The notes below the pieces were generated by a model, which had not been told where the DNA came from, did no database searches, and saw nothing but the letters and a program-made list of their open reading frames with translations. Below are positions 31,255 to 44,315 of a stretch of 64,000 nucleotides of DNA, piece by piece. The DNA comes from an uncultured Gemmatimonadaceae bacterium. GTDB taxonomy: Bacteria; Gemmatimonadota; Gemmatimonadetes; Gemmatimonadales; Gemmatimonadaceae. How positions within the stretch are numbered: position 1 is the stretch's first letter; every line of letters begins with the position of its first letter. A program made the position numbers and the translations under genes. The stretch covers positions 256,001 to 320,000 of the forward strand of contig OY970320.1 in assembly GCA_963716745.1 (NCBI GenBank), read 5' to 3'.

Positions 31255-32203
31255 GATGCGGACCGATCCTTCGACGCTTCGTCGGCCAGGCGGCGCAATT
31301 CGCGAAGCTCCACGCGGAGACCGGCGTTCATCTCGCCAAGTAATCCACCCACGAGGAACACCGAACCGACGATCACGCACACCTCGACGAGATTGATGAG
31401 CGGCCGATAGCCGACGCCGGCGAACACGCGGATGGCGATCGCCACGATCCCGGTGAGCACGCCGAGCGCGAACAGCATCGCTCCCACCATTCCGAACAAC
31501 AGCAGCGGCTTGCGCGAGAAGCGCAGCTCGAACCACACCGAGAGCATGTCGAGCACGCCCACCGGGATCCGTCCGAATGCCGAATTTCGATTTCCCCGCG
31601 TGGCGAGGATACAGCGGCACCGGGATCTCGGAAACGGTGAATCCTTCCTGCGCCGCAATGACGATCATGTACCGGTGCCAATCGGGGCGGATCGGCAGCG
31701 CGTCCATGATCTCGCGGCGATACGCCTTCACCGAATTCAAGTCACGCACCGGCACTTCGAACAACGCGCGGCTGAGCGCGTTATAAATGCTCGAGACGAA
31801 CGCCTTCTCGTACGTCGCCCTGCTTGTAGCCGGTGACCATGTCGGCCTCGCCGGCGAGCACGGGCGCGACGAGGCGCGGGATGTCCTCCGGCTTGTATTG
31901 CAGGTCGGCCGGATAGAACACGAGCACGCGCCCGCGCGACGCGAGATATCCGGTGCGCAGCGCATCGGCAATGCCGCGGCCGCGCCGGTGCCGCGCCAGC
32001 CGCAGGAACGGATACTGCTTCTGGAGCGTGCCGAGCACTTCCCACGTCTTGTCGGTCGATCCGTCGTCGATCACCACCACTTCGAACGACGTGCGCGACC
32101 CTTTGAATGCGGCCGCCGCCTGCTCCATGAACAACGGCAGGTTCTCGGCTTCGTCCTTCGCCGGGACGAGGATCGAGACGTCGAGATCGGTCGCGGCGGC
32201 CAT
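31251..32203 (-). CDS. glycosyltransferase family 2 with C-terminal TM helices (ArnC/GtrB-like); frameshifts near 31815 and 31576
   Basis: VSILVPAKDEAENL, IDDGSTDKT, ADLQY, RDLNSVKAYR, HRY, GKSKFG, KPLLLFG. Confidence 0.82.
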
Positions 32204-33694
32204 CAGACGCGGCGCCTCATGCGGGCCGACAGCACGCCGAGCTGCTCACGGTACTTCGCCACCGTGCGGCGCGCGATCTTCACGCCGTCCTTCTCGAAGA
32301 ATGTCCACGATGTCCTGGTCGGTGAGTGGGTGCTTGGGATCCTCTTCGGCAATGCGCTTCTCGATCGTCGCCTTGATGCCGCGCGCCGACACATCTTCCC
32401 CGCCCGCGGTGGAGAGACCGGACGAGAAGAAGAACTTGAGCGGCAGCACGCCGCGCGGCGTTTGCACGAATTTCTCGTTGGTCACTCGGCTGATAGTGCT
32501 CTCGTGCATCCCGATCCCTTCGGCCACTTCACGCAGCGTGAGCGGCTTGAGATACTGAAGCCCCTTCTCGAAATAATCGCGCTGCCGGTCGACAATGAAG
32601 TGCATCACCTTGAGCATCGTTTGGCGGCGCTGCTCGAGCGCCTGGATCATCCAATTGGCGGCGTTCATGCGCGTGGAAATGAAATCCTTGTTCTCGCCCT
32701 GGAACTTGCGCTTGTCGCGCGCGATGTCCTGATAGGCACGGCTGAGGCGCAGGCGCGGCACGTTGTTGTCGTTCACGAACACATGATACTTGCCATCAAT
32801 GCGATCGACGATGAGATCGGGCACGATGTAGTTATCGCCTGCACTGCTGTACCGGAGACCGGGCTTCGGCTCGAGCTTCGCCACGGCGTCGGCGGCCTCT
32901 TGCACGGCGGCGGGACTCAGCCCTGTCTTCTTCGAGATCTCCGCCCAGCGATGGTTGATGAGTTCCTCGAAGTGGTCCTGCACGAGGCGGTGGGCCACCG
33001 AGTCCTGCATCTTGAGCGCGCGCAGCTGCAACAGGAGACATTCGCGCAGGTCGCGCGCACCGACGCCGGGCGGATCGAGGTTCTGGATAACGCCGAGCAT
33101 CCGCTCGACTTCCGCCTCGGTGTACAAAGGAAGGTCCGCGTCATCGCGGTCCGAAGCTTCCGCCGCGTCGGTGATCCATTTGTTGATGTCGCGTCGCAGC
33201 TCTTCGAGCGACACAGCGAGGTAGCCATCATCGTTGATGTCGCCCACGAACTCCTCGGCCAGAATGCGCTCGCGGTCGCTGAGTTCGAGCATCTTCACCT
33301 GGTCGCCGAGGTAGTCGCTCAAGTGGCGGCGCTCGACCGACACCGGATCGGTCCATTCGCGATCCTCGTGGCCCACCGCGCGGCTGCCGCCGACGTCGAA
33401 TCCGTTGAGCAGGATCTCTTCCCAATCGATCCCGTCGTTCTCGGCCTTCTCGACGGCGAGTTCCTTGTCTGCCTCGTCCGGCTCGCGCTCGGTCTCCTCG
33501 CCTTCCGCCTCGCCCTCCGTCTCATCGTCGCCCGGCTCGACGAGATCGAGGAACGGATTCACGAGCAATTCCTGCTTCAAGTGCTGCTGGAGGTCCAGCA
33601 GCGGCATCGTCAGCAGATCCATCGCCTGGTAGAGGCGCGGATTGATCCGCAGCTCCTGCCGGAGACTGCCCGTCTGACTGATGCCCGGCTTCAT
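32203..33694 (-). CDS. rpoN: RNA polymerase sigma-54 factor (frameshift near 32297)
   Basis: [42 protein letters not shown], RpoN box [10 protein letters not shown]. Confidence 0.95.
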
Positions 33695-34909
33695 GGGCTG
33701 CGTGCCGCGAAGCGCGAGCGGAGCCGCGCCGTGAGCGTGGGCCCGAGGTAGATCTCGGCCACGGTGTCGTCGAAGACGAGCTCCTGTACTGTGCCAGATA
33801 CCTTCACCTGGCCGTCGAACATGATGTAGGCGCGATCGACGATGTCGAGCGTCTGCTCCACGTTGTGATCGGAGATGAGCACGCCGATCCCGCGATGCCG
33901 GAGCCCCGCGACGATCGACTGGATGTCGTGCACCGCGATCGGATCCACGCCGGCGAAGGGCTCGTCGAGCATCATGAACTTCGGTTCCGTTACCAGCGCG
34001 CGCGTGATCTCGAGGCGACGCCGTTCTCCACCCGACAGCGAAAAGGCGCGGTTGTCGCGGAGGCGCTTGATGCTCGAGTTCGTCGAGCAGCGTCTCGAGG
34101 CGTTCCTTGCGCTGCTCGGGTGTGATGTCGAGCGTCTCGAGGATCGCGAGGAGGTTCTCCTCCACAGTGAGCTTGCGGAAGATCGACGGCTCCTGCGAGA
34201 GATAGCCGATGCCGCGGCGCGCGCGGCGGAACATCGGCATCTCGGTGATGTCCTCGCCGTCGAGAAGGATAGTGCCCTCCTGCGGCGGGATGAGGCCCAC
34301 GATCATGTAGAAGGTCGTGGTCTTCCCTGCTCCGTTGGGGCCGAGCAGGCCGACGATCTCGCCCTGGCGGAGATGCAACGCCACATCGTTCACCACGCGG
34401 CGACGGCGGTAGGTCTTGACCAATCCCTTCGCTTCGAGAATGCTGCCCGCGGGTTCGCTCTTCGGCATGCCGTGCGGGCCGGTGATCTCCTCGCCACGGC
34501 GCACCACGCCGGCGACGCCGGCGCGCTCGATCTGCGGGCGGGTCGCGCGCAGCTCCGGCCAGAAGCGATCGGCCACACGCAGCACGCTGTCGGGCGACGT
34601 GAGCCCGGCCTCCGGCAGCACGACAAGTCCCTCGGCCGCGAGGCGCGGGAAGACCACCTGCGCGAGATGCTCGCGCACCTCGTCGAGACTCAGCCGCCCG
34701 GCTTCGCGTTCCACGTCGCGCCCCTCTTCGCGCAGGAGTTTGAGGTAATCCGTGCGATAGTGCGTCGCGACATCGTTGAACACGGCCTCGCCCTCGGCGT
34801 GCGCGGCGCAGATGAGCGCGTAGAGCGCGAGGATCGTGGACCGATCGCCCTTGGAGTGCTCGGCGAAGAACGACTCGAGCGCGGCGGGAACGCGAGGGCC
34901 GGCGGTCAT
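33691..34909 (-). CDS. lptB: LPS export ABC ATPase LptB with about 155-aa N-terminal extension (frameshift near 34075)
   Basis: [53 protein letters not shown]; located between lptA-like gene and rpoN. Confidence 0.9.
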
Positions 34910-36360
34910 GGTGTACCGCTCTTGGCAGGCGCCTTGGCGGCGGCCGAGTCGGCCTTCGATTTCTTCTTCGGAAGCACGGGGGCGGTGGCGGTTGAGTCCG
35001 CCTTCTTCTTCTTCTTGATGATCTCGGGCTCCACGTACACGCCGGCGACGCTGTCTTTCACCGTGACCGACTTCACCTGGTGCGCGACGAACGCGACCGT
35101 CACGGCGCCGCCGCGCACGTAATTGATGGACGGTCCGATCGCCGCCGAGTCCTTCGCCGCGATCTGGTAGTACGACTTCGCGTGGCCGAGCGCGATGAGC
35201 GCGAGCATCGCCGGCTGCTTCGCGGAGTCGGCCTTGGTGAGCGGCATGCTGTCGAAGCGCGCGACGATCGTGTCGCCGCTCATCCAGTCGCGCTCCTTGG
35301 TGTGGACGTGCGTGGTGTCCGGCGTGCTCTGCGCGAACGCCTTGCGCACCGCGCGGATCTCGCGCAGGCGCTGGCCGGGCGAGCGCACGTCGAGCGAATC
35401 GGCGAGGATATCGTACGTCGGGTTGACAGCCCGCGCCCGCGACGCTCCCCACGCATACATGCGATCGAGCTCGCCGTTGACCATCTGGAAATCGAGCGTG
35501 TCGGAGGTGACCGTGCCGTCGTTGCTCACCGCCTTCCCTTCGCCGCGGGCGAGCACGCGATGCAGCTGCTTGTTGCCGCCGTACATATCAATGATCGTGC
35601 CGTAGAGCGTGAAGGGCCGCTCGCCGCGCGAGATGATCACCGGTTTCTTCATGAGCCGCGCGAATTCGTGCGATCCGTCCAGGAACGCCGTGTCGCCCTT
35701 CGCGATCACATCCAGGCGCGTGATCTCCACGCGGCCCGATGCGTAGACCAGACTGTCGGCGTCGCTCACCACCGTGTTCCCGATGAGCACCATGGGCGGC
35801 GATGGCTTTCCGGTGGAGTCGCGCTCGAACATGCTGATCGTGGGGCGGCCAGGCGCGATCATCCGCGCGATGGTGCGAATGCCGGGCACGGCGCGAAAAT
35901 ACTCCACGCGGGGGCCGACGAGCGTGGTGCCGCTTGGAAGAATCGAGCGCACGTTCCCTTCCGCGAGCAACCGCTCGTCCACCATGAAATACGTGGCAAC
36001 GTCGGAGTCGAGCGTGAGCCGCGGTTCGCGGTAGTGCACGCCGCCGATGAGGTGCCAGCGCCGCAGATCCCCGAAGTACTCCGCGCTATCGGAGGAGATC
36101 GTGAGTTGCTGCGCGGGACATGAACCCATCACCCCGCCGCCGATGAAGCTGTTGTATTGGCCGCTCGCCTGCTTCACGGAGTTCACCCGCGTCGAGTCAC
36201 TGCGCGGCGTGACGACGAGATCGCACCGGCCCGTCGGTCCGGGAATGCTGACGGTATTGGACGAAGCGCCGGGCGCCACCGGTGGCGCCGCGGGCTGCTG
36301 GGCTGCGAGCGGGAGCGCGATGGTCGCGCCGGCCAGGAGCGCCATGGAGACGCCACGCAC
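34906..36360 (-). CDS. LptA/OstA-like beta-jellyroll periplasmic protein
   Basis: Signal peptide, beta-rich repeats ([24 protein letters not shown]); located between lptC and lptB; start uncertain. Confidence 0.7.
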   Translation of the reverse strand: MRGVSMALLAGATIALPLAAQQPAAPPVAPGASSNTVSIPGPTGRCDLVVTPRSDSTRVNSVKQASGQYNSFIGGGVMGSCPAQQLTISSDSAEYFGDLRRWHLIGGVHYREPRLTLDSDVATYFMVDERLLAEGNVRSILPSGTTLVGPRVEYFRAVPGIRTIARMIAPGRPTISMFERDSTGKPSPPMVLIGNTVVSDADSLVYASGRVEITRLDVIAKGDTAFLDGSHEFARLMKKPVIISRGERPFTLYGTIIDMYGGNKQLHRVLARGEGKAVSNDGTVTSDTLDFQMVNGELDRMYAWGASRARAVNPTYDILADSLDVRSPGQRLREIRAVRKAFAQSTPDTTHVHTKERDWMSGDTIVARFDSMPLTKADSAKQPAMLALIALGHAKSYYQIAAKDSAAIGPSINYVRGGAVTVAFVAHQVKSVTVKDSVAGVYVEPEIIKKKKKADSTATAPVLPKKKSKADSAAAKAPAKSGTP

Positions 36361-36914
36361 TATGGTTGCTGTCCCGAGAGCGGGATAGGCCCCGAACCCT
36401 TCTTCAGCTTGAGGATCTTCAAGTTCGCGAGGTCTGGATCGGAGATGAAGCCGATCCCTTCCACTTTGCGGTCCGGCTGCGTGAGCACGAACGGACTGTC
36501 GCTCGCGATGAGGTTCGTGACCTGGTTGTACGAGAGCTGCGACGTCTCGAGGCGCTTGCCGTCCACCGACACGACGAGGACGTTCTTGCGCGCCTCCATC
36601 ATCGCCTTGGTCGTGTTGTACGTGCCTTCGATCGACGTGAGCACGGCGCTCTGCTGGCCGGTGTTCGTGAAGAACACCGTGCGCTCGTTGCGCACTTCGA
36701 TGCGCGAGTTGTTGTCGAAGAAATATCCGGTGTCCGCTCGGAGCTGCGCGCGCAGCAGACCCTGATCGGTGATGAAGGTGCGTACGCCGAACATGACTTG
36801 GTCCGCCGCCTCGGCGAGCGGGTTCGGCGGCGTCACCGGCGGCTGCTTGGCGCCCTTGCACCCCGCGACGATCGCCGCGGCGGCGATGAACGCCCACGCG
36901 GGCATGAGCCTCAC
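36360..36914 (-). CDS. lptC: LPS export periplasmic protein LptC
   Basis: Lipoprotein-like N-terminus (VAGC), LETSQLSYNQ..IASDSPF..GIGFISD; operon position. Confidence 0.8.
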   Translation of the reverse strand: MRLMPAWAFIAAAAIVAGCKGAKQPPVTPPNPLAEAADQVMFGVRTFITDQGLLRAQLRADTGYFFDNNSRIEVRNERTVFFTNTGQQSAVLTSIEGTYNTTKAMMEARKNVLVVSVDGKRLETSQLSYNQVTNLIASDSPFVLTQPDRKVEGIGFISDPDLANLKILKLKKGSGPIPLSGQQP

Positions 36915-37876
36915 TTGACTCCGGCGCGCATGAGATCGTGGAGATGCACGATCCCCACCATTCGCTCGTCGGCGTCGAGCACCGGCATCGCCATGATGCC
37001 GAACTGCTCCATCTTGAAGACCGCGGCGCTCGCCAACTCGTCGCCGCCGATGGTCTTCGGCGTGGCGTTCATCACGTTCGCCGCCACGACGGCGAGGAAA
37101 TCGGGCTGGCGCTGATTGAGCCGCGCGAGATCCCCCGCGGTGACGACGCCGATCACGCGGCGGTCGCCGTCGACGACCGCCACCGTGCCACGGCGTTCAG
37201 CGAGCATCATGACCACTTCCCGCATGACGGTATCCTTGGCGACGGCGGGGAGCTTCTCGGTCACCATGAGATCTCTCACGCGCGTGAGCAGGCGGCGGCC
37301 GAGCAAGCCGCCCGGATGCAGCCGCGCGAAATCCTCGCGGCGGAATCCCTTCCGTTCGAGCAGCGTGACGGCGAGCGCATCGCCCATCGCGAGCGCCGCG
37401 GTGGTGCTCGTCGTGGGTGCGAGATCGTGCGGGCAGGCCTCCTCGCGCACCCACACATCGAGCACCGCATCCGCTTGCTTCGCGAGTTGCGAGTCGCTCT
37501 CGCCGGAGATCGCGATGATGTGCACGCCGAGCCGTTTCAGTTGCTCGATCAGGGGGAAGAGCTCGGGCGTCTCGCCGCTCTTCGAGAGCAAGATGACGAC
37601 GTCGGCGGGGCCCACGATGCCGAGGTCGCCGTGCAGCCCTTCCACGGGATGAAGGAACGTCGCAGGCGTGCCCGTGCTCGTGAGGGTCGCCGCGATCTTG
37701 CGCGCGATGATCCCACTCTTGCCCACGCCGCTGACGATCACGCGGCCGGAAGACGCGGCGATCAACTCGACCGCCTTCGCGAAGTCGGCGCCGAGCCGGC
37801 GCTCCACTTCGTCGAGTGCCTCGCGCTCGAGGCGCACAACGCGCCGGCCGCGCTCGATGAGCTCGTCGGGCTTCAT
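36911..37876 (-). CDS. kdsD: arabinose-5-phosphate isomerase (KpsF/GutQ, SIS plus CBS domains)
   Basis: GVGKSG, STGTPATFLHP..HGDLG, SKSGET, APTTSTT, HPGG. Confidence 0.93.
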   Translation of the reverse strand: MKPDELIERGRRVVRLEREALDEVERRLGADFAKAVELIAASSGRVIVSGVGKSGIIARKIAATLTSTGTPATFLHPVEGLHGDLGIVGPADVVILLSKSGETPELFPLIEQLKRLGVHIIAISGESDSQLAKQADAVLDVWVREEACPHDLAPTTSTTAALAMGDALAVTLLERKGFRREDFARLHPGGLLGRRLLTRVRDLMVTEKLPAVAKDTVMREVVMMLAERRGTVAVVDGDRRVIGVVTAGDLARLNQRQPDFLAVVAANVMNATPKTIGGDELASAAVFKMEQFGIMAMPVLDADERMVGIVHLHDLMRAGVK

Positions 37877-38439
37877 CGCAGGACCTCGAGTCCGCCAACC
37901 GACCGCGTAGCGACGTATTCATCCACCAGCTCGGTCCAATCGCCGCGCGCCTTGAGCAGCATCTCGGTGAACTCGCGAACGGCGCCGTGCCCGCCCGTGC
38001 GCGTGAGCTGAACGGCACAACAGGCTCGCACTTCGCTTACCGCGTTGCCGACGGCCACCGCGAGGCCGACCTGCCGAAGGATCGCGAGATCGGGCAGATC
38101 GTCGCCGACGAAGGCCGCATCCTCGGCATCGACGCCGAACTTGTCGAGCATCTTGCGGAAGGCCGGCAGCTTGCGGGCCTGCGCATCCTGGGCGACGTCG
38201 TCCACCGACAGCTCGGCCGCGCGGAGTCGCACGCTCTCCGAGACGCGCCCCGTGACGAGCACCACCTTGATGCCGGCAGCGCGCAGGAAGTGGATTCCCA
38301 AGCCGTCCTCGATGTGATACCGCTTCAACTCCACGGGCGTGCCGCCGGCGTCGCCGAGGTAGATGCCACCGTCGGTGAGCACGCCGTCGACGTCGAGGCC
38401 GACGAGGCGGATCCGTTTCGCGAGCGCCTGTTCGATCAT
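37873..38439 (-). CDS. kdsC: KDO-8-phosphate phosphatase (HAD)
   Basis: LDVDGVLTDG, DGLG, FVGDDLPD, GGHGAVRE. Confidence 0.93.
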   Translation of the reverse strand: MIEQALAKRIRLVGLDVDGVLTDGGIYLGDAGGTPVELKRYHIEDGLGIHFLRAAGIKVVLVTGRVSESVRLRAAELSVDDVAQDAQARKLPAFRKMLDKFGVDAEDAAFVGDDLPDLAILRQVGLAVAVGNAVSEVRACCAVQLTRTGGHGAVREFTEMLLKARGDWTELVDEYVATRSVGGLEVLR

Positions 38440-39257
38440 TTCCGCCGCGTGTGCCAGAGGTCCACCGCGCGCAGGACGAGTTCGTCGAGCTGCGCGAGGG
38501 GCACCATGTTCGGCCCATCGCTCGGCGCGTGGTCGGGATCGGGATGCGTCTCCAGGAAGAGCCCGTCCGCACCGGCGCCGATCGCCGCGAACGTGAGTGC
38601 GGGAATGAACTCCCGCGCGCCGCCGCTGGCGCCGCCTTCGCCGCGGCCCGGTTGCTGCACACTGTGCGTCCCGTCGAAGATCACCGGCGCGTCGCATGCA
38701 TCGCGCATCCGCGCGAAGGAGCGCATGTCCACGACGAGATCGCCGTAGCCGAAGAACGTGCCGCGCTCGGTCACAGCCACGGAGCCGGGCTTGCCCGCCG
38801 TCTTGGGGGCGGCGCGCCGCACCTTGGCCACGGCGCCCTTCATCCCCTCGGGATGCAGCCACTGCCCCTTCTTGATGTTCACCGGCTTTCCGGTGGCACC
38901 GGCCGCCTCGAGCAGGTCGGTCTGGCGGCACAGGAACGCCGGGATCTGCAGCACGTCCACGACCGAGGCGACGAGGTCGCAGTGATCGGGCAGGTGCACA
39001 TCGGTGAGCACGGGCAAGCCGGATTGCTGCTTCACGCGCGCGAGCGCGGCGAGTCCTTCCTCGAGACCGGGGCCGCGAGCCGCGCCTGCGTTCGAACGGT
39101 TGGCCTTGTCATAGCTCGCCTTGTACACCACGCCGCCCGGTAGGCGCGGCGCGAGGCGCGCGAGATGCTCGGCGACGCGCAGATTCAGATCGTCGCCCTC
39201 CAGTTGGCACGGGCCGGCGATCAGGAACAGCGCGTCCGAGCGGAAGGCGAAGGGCAC
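38436..39257 (-). CDS. kdsA: KDO-8-phosphate synthase
   Basis: IAGPC, KASYDKANRS, QIPAFLCRQTDL, NIKKGQ, FDGTHSVQQPG, SDGPN. Confidence 0.96.
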   Translation of the reverse strand: MPFAFRSDALFLIAGPCQLEGDDLNLRVAEHLARLAPRLPGGVVYKASYDKANRSNAGAARGPGLEEGLAALARVKQQSGLPVLTDVHLPDHCDLVASVVDVLQIPAFLCRQTDLLEAAGATGKPVNIKKGQWLHPEGMKGAVAKVRRAAPKTAGKPGSVAVTERGTFFGYGDLVVDMRSFARMRDACDAPVIFDGTHSVQQPGRGEGGASGGAREFIPALTFAAIGAGADGLFLETHPDPDHAPSDGPNMVPLAQLDELVLRAVDLWHTRRK

Positions 39258-39259
39258 GC

Positions 39260-41691
<2,432 letters not shown>

Positions 41692-41736
41692 GGCGCCACG
41701 GTCAGAGTGTGCCGGTGTGCAAGATTCACGCCAGTC

Positions 41737-41765
41737 AATATAGCGAGACGCGTGAGAGGAATCAA
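41737..41765 (-). promoter_or_regulatory. sigma70-type promoter for the kdsB-pyrG-kdsA-lpt operon
   Basis: TTGATT-N17-TATATT on the minus strand. Confidence 0.65.
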
Positions 41766-41831
41766 ACATTCTGGCGCGAAACTTGGGGGCGATCCTCCGT
41801 GGAGCCTCATCGCACGCGCCCCAGGCCGGCG

Positions 41832-42034
41832 ATCACGGTTCAAATTTTGAACGGATGCAACGGATGGAACGGATCGGACGGAAACCGCTTGAAGAGCACA
41901 AAGCTTCGGCGATAACTGCTGCTACGGTTGTTAACAAGAGACCGCAGTGCCCTCATTGCGGATCGAAGCCATTCACGCGGTCTCCGTCCGATCCGCTCCA
42001 TCCGTTAGATCCGTTCAAGAACATGAACCGTGAT
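41832..42034. repeat. 203-bp palindromic element
   Basis: About 60-bp imperfect inverted arms starting ATCACGGTTCA..TTGAACGGAT..AACGGATGGA.CGGATCGGACGGA; central GTTAAC at 41930-41935. Confidence 0.9.
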
Positions 42035-42074
42035 GCTGGTCGCGCTGGGCGAGGATCAGACGGGCGCGACTGAG

Positions 42075-42221
42075 ATCACGGTTCATTTTTTGGAACGGAA
42101 TCGACGGATGGAACGGATCGGACGGAGACCCCTTGAAGAGCGCAAGGGTTCTCCGATAGCCGCTCTTCTTGTTAACAACAATGGCGGTGCCTCTATCGCG
42201 GATCGAAGCCTTTCACGCGGT
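42075..42221. repeat. second, 3'-truncated tandem copy of the 41832 element
   Basis: Same left arm, TTGAAGAGC, TTGTTAACAA core and GCGGATCGAAGCC.TTCACGCGGT; outer right arm is missing. Confidence 0.85.
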
Positions 42222-42246
42222 GGAGGAGGCTAAGCATCCAATGAGT

Positions 42247-43732
42247 TCAGCGAATGAACCAGAGCAGCAGCGTCGTCTTCGTTTGGCCCGTGGCGGGATC
42301 GACCCAGAAATCCAGGCGGAACGGCTTGAGCTCGAAGCGTGCTCCGATGTTCTGGGTGAACTTGGGCAGCTGCTCCACGCCGGCGGCACCGACGGTGTAC
42401 GCCAGCGAGAGCGACGGCGGCGTGGTGAGCGGCAGCTCGAGCTTCGAGAACGTGTAGCGATAGTCGCCCTCGAAGAAGACGAGCTGGTCCCCGCCTTGCG
42501 CGAGCAGCCCGAGGGTCGCGACCGAGCCTGCGCCGCCGAGGTAGCCATAGCGCTGCGGCGGAGCGGTCGAGTCGCCGGTGGTGTAGATCGCGTGCACGCG
42601 CACCAGGATCTCCTGGTCGGTGTACGTGGCGTACTTGCCGGTGACGTCCGCGACGAGCTGGGTCCAGCCGGCGCCGTTCACGGGATTAATGGGGACCTCG
42701 ACCTTAAGGCTCGCATCCATCTCCACGCGGCCCTTGAGCGAGCCATCGACTCCCGTGAGCCACGTCTCGAGGCGGCCCGGGGTGACCGCTGGGTTCGGCC
42801 GGTACATGGAGTAGCGTGCTCTGGTCGCCCGTGATGCTCCACGGGCCGCCGGCGGAAACGCTCGAGGCATCCTCCGTCCGCGCGCCCACCCAGAGCGAGA
42901 TCGAGTGTGCCGTATCGGACCAAGCGTAGCCGATCCGCCCCTCGCCCCAGTTCGCGCGCCAGTAGTTCCGGAAGTCCTTTCCGCAGCAGAACACGGCGAA
43001 CGAGTTCCCGATGTCGGACTGGATCCAGGCATCATTCGTGAGCGTCGCTTGTGCGCCCGCGACGTTGATGAACGCGCCGCCGATCCGTGAATAGAGGCTG
43101 AGCTCGGCGTCGAAGAGTCCGAGGTTCGAGCGATAGGTGACGCCCGGCGCGACGATGAGCGCGCTGTCGCCGAAATGAAGCTCCGGCTTCACCTCGATCG
43201 AAAGACCGTCCACACGATCATACAGCGGTGGCACGGTGAATCCGTAGACCCCCGGCAACACGAGCAGGTCGGTCTCCGGCGGCGGCGGACCGTGGTAGTC
43301 CAGTGCGAGCCCCTCGAGCGTGCGCACGGTGTCGAATCGCGCCGCGGGATACGCGGCGCGCTTGCCGGTGACCACGGCGCCGTCCACGTCGTAGATGTTG
43401 CCACCAAAGGCCAGCGCGCGCCCGTCGATCCGCGCGGACGCCGTGAGGTTGATGCTCCCGTTGATCACGATGAGGTCGCCGTGCACCTCGCCGATCACCG
43501 AGGCGTCGGAGTTGAGCACCACGACGTTGGTGTTGTATTCGCGGCCGCCATAGAGCGGCGTATTGAAATCCTGGTGCAGCACGATGTGCGGCTTCGCGAG
43601 CGCGTCGCTGAGCACACCGCCGGCGCTCCCCGGACCCGGCTTTCGCACGTACAGGTGCACGTCCATCTCCTGCGCGCCCGCGTGCGACGCGGTCGCGAGC
43701 AGGAAGGCCGCCGCGGCGACGCGCCTCAGCAT
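42247..43732 (-). CDS. exported protein with short beta-helix-like N-terminal region and probable outer-membrane beta-barrel C-terminus (frameshift near 42815)
   Basis: Signal peptide; VIGEVHGDLIVINGSINL..IDGRALAFGG; YDRVDGL; aromatic-rich beta strands continuing in ORF 42247-43035. Confidence 0.6.
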
Positions 43733-44304
43733 CCGGCGAGCTTGATAAAGTTCTTTATCAGGTCCATCCCGTGCGCCGTGAAGACAGATTCCGGGTGGAA
43801 CTGCACGCCCCACACCGGAAGCTCGGCGTGCCGCATCGCCTGGATCTCGGTGTCATCGCCCGCGGTAGCCGCGTTCACCTGGAGCACGGAAGGCAGCGAG
43901 CGGCGCTCGACGACGAGCGAGTGATAGCGCATCACTTCGAGCGGCTGCGGCAGCCCGGCGAACAGGCCGCCGCCATCGTGCGCGATGCGCGACGTCTTGC
44001 CGTGCATCACACGCGCGGCGCGCACGACCTTTCCGCCGTACGCTTCGCCGATCGCCTGATGGCCGAGGCACACGCCGAGGATCGGGATCGTACCGCCCCA
44101 CCGCTTCACGACCGCAACGGTCACCCCGGCGTCGGTCGGCGTGCCAGGCCCCGGCGAGAGCACGATCGCCCGGGGTCGCAGCGTTCCCACCTCGTCCACG
44201 GTGATCGCGTCGTTGCGACGGACGCACGGCTCCGCCCCAAGCTCGCCCAGGTACTGCACGAGGTTGTAGGTGAAGGAGTCGTAGTTGTCGATGACGAGGA
44301 TCAT
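43726..44304 (-). CDS. anthranilate/aminodeoxychorismate synthase component II (glutamine amidotransferase, TrpG/PabA)
   Basis: IDNYDSFTYNL, LSPGPG, GVCLGHQ, RYHSL, QFHPES. Confidence 0.94.
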   Translation of the reverse strand: MILVIDNYDSFTYNLVQYLGELGAEPCVRRNDAITVDEVGTLRPRAIVLSPGPGTPTDAGVTVAVVKRWGGTIPILGVCLGHQAIGEAYGGKVVRAARVMHGKTSRIAHDGGGLFAGLPQPLEVMRYHSLVVERRSLPSVLQVNAATAGDDTEIQAMRHAELPVWGVQFHPESVFTAHGMDLIKNFIKLAGC

Positions 44305-44315
44305 GCTGTCCGGGG

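Noticed and set aside
32246..35452. 1068-aa ORF that looks like an LptB-RpoN fusion
   Set aside because: The frameshift near 34075 moves lptB into the rpoN frame; the true LptB C-terminus is in ORF 33691-33975.
41832..42221. CRISPR array or integron attC array
   Set aside because: No constant direct repeat with unique spacers, no cas or intI gene, and no gene cassettes between the units.
41783..42233. Small ORFs containing MQRMERIGR repeats
   Set aside because: These are translations of the palindromic repeat arms, with no coding evidence.
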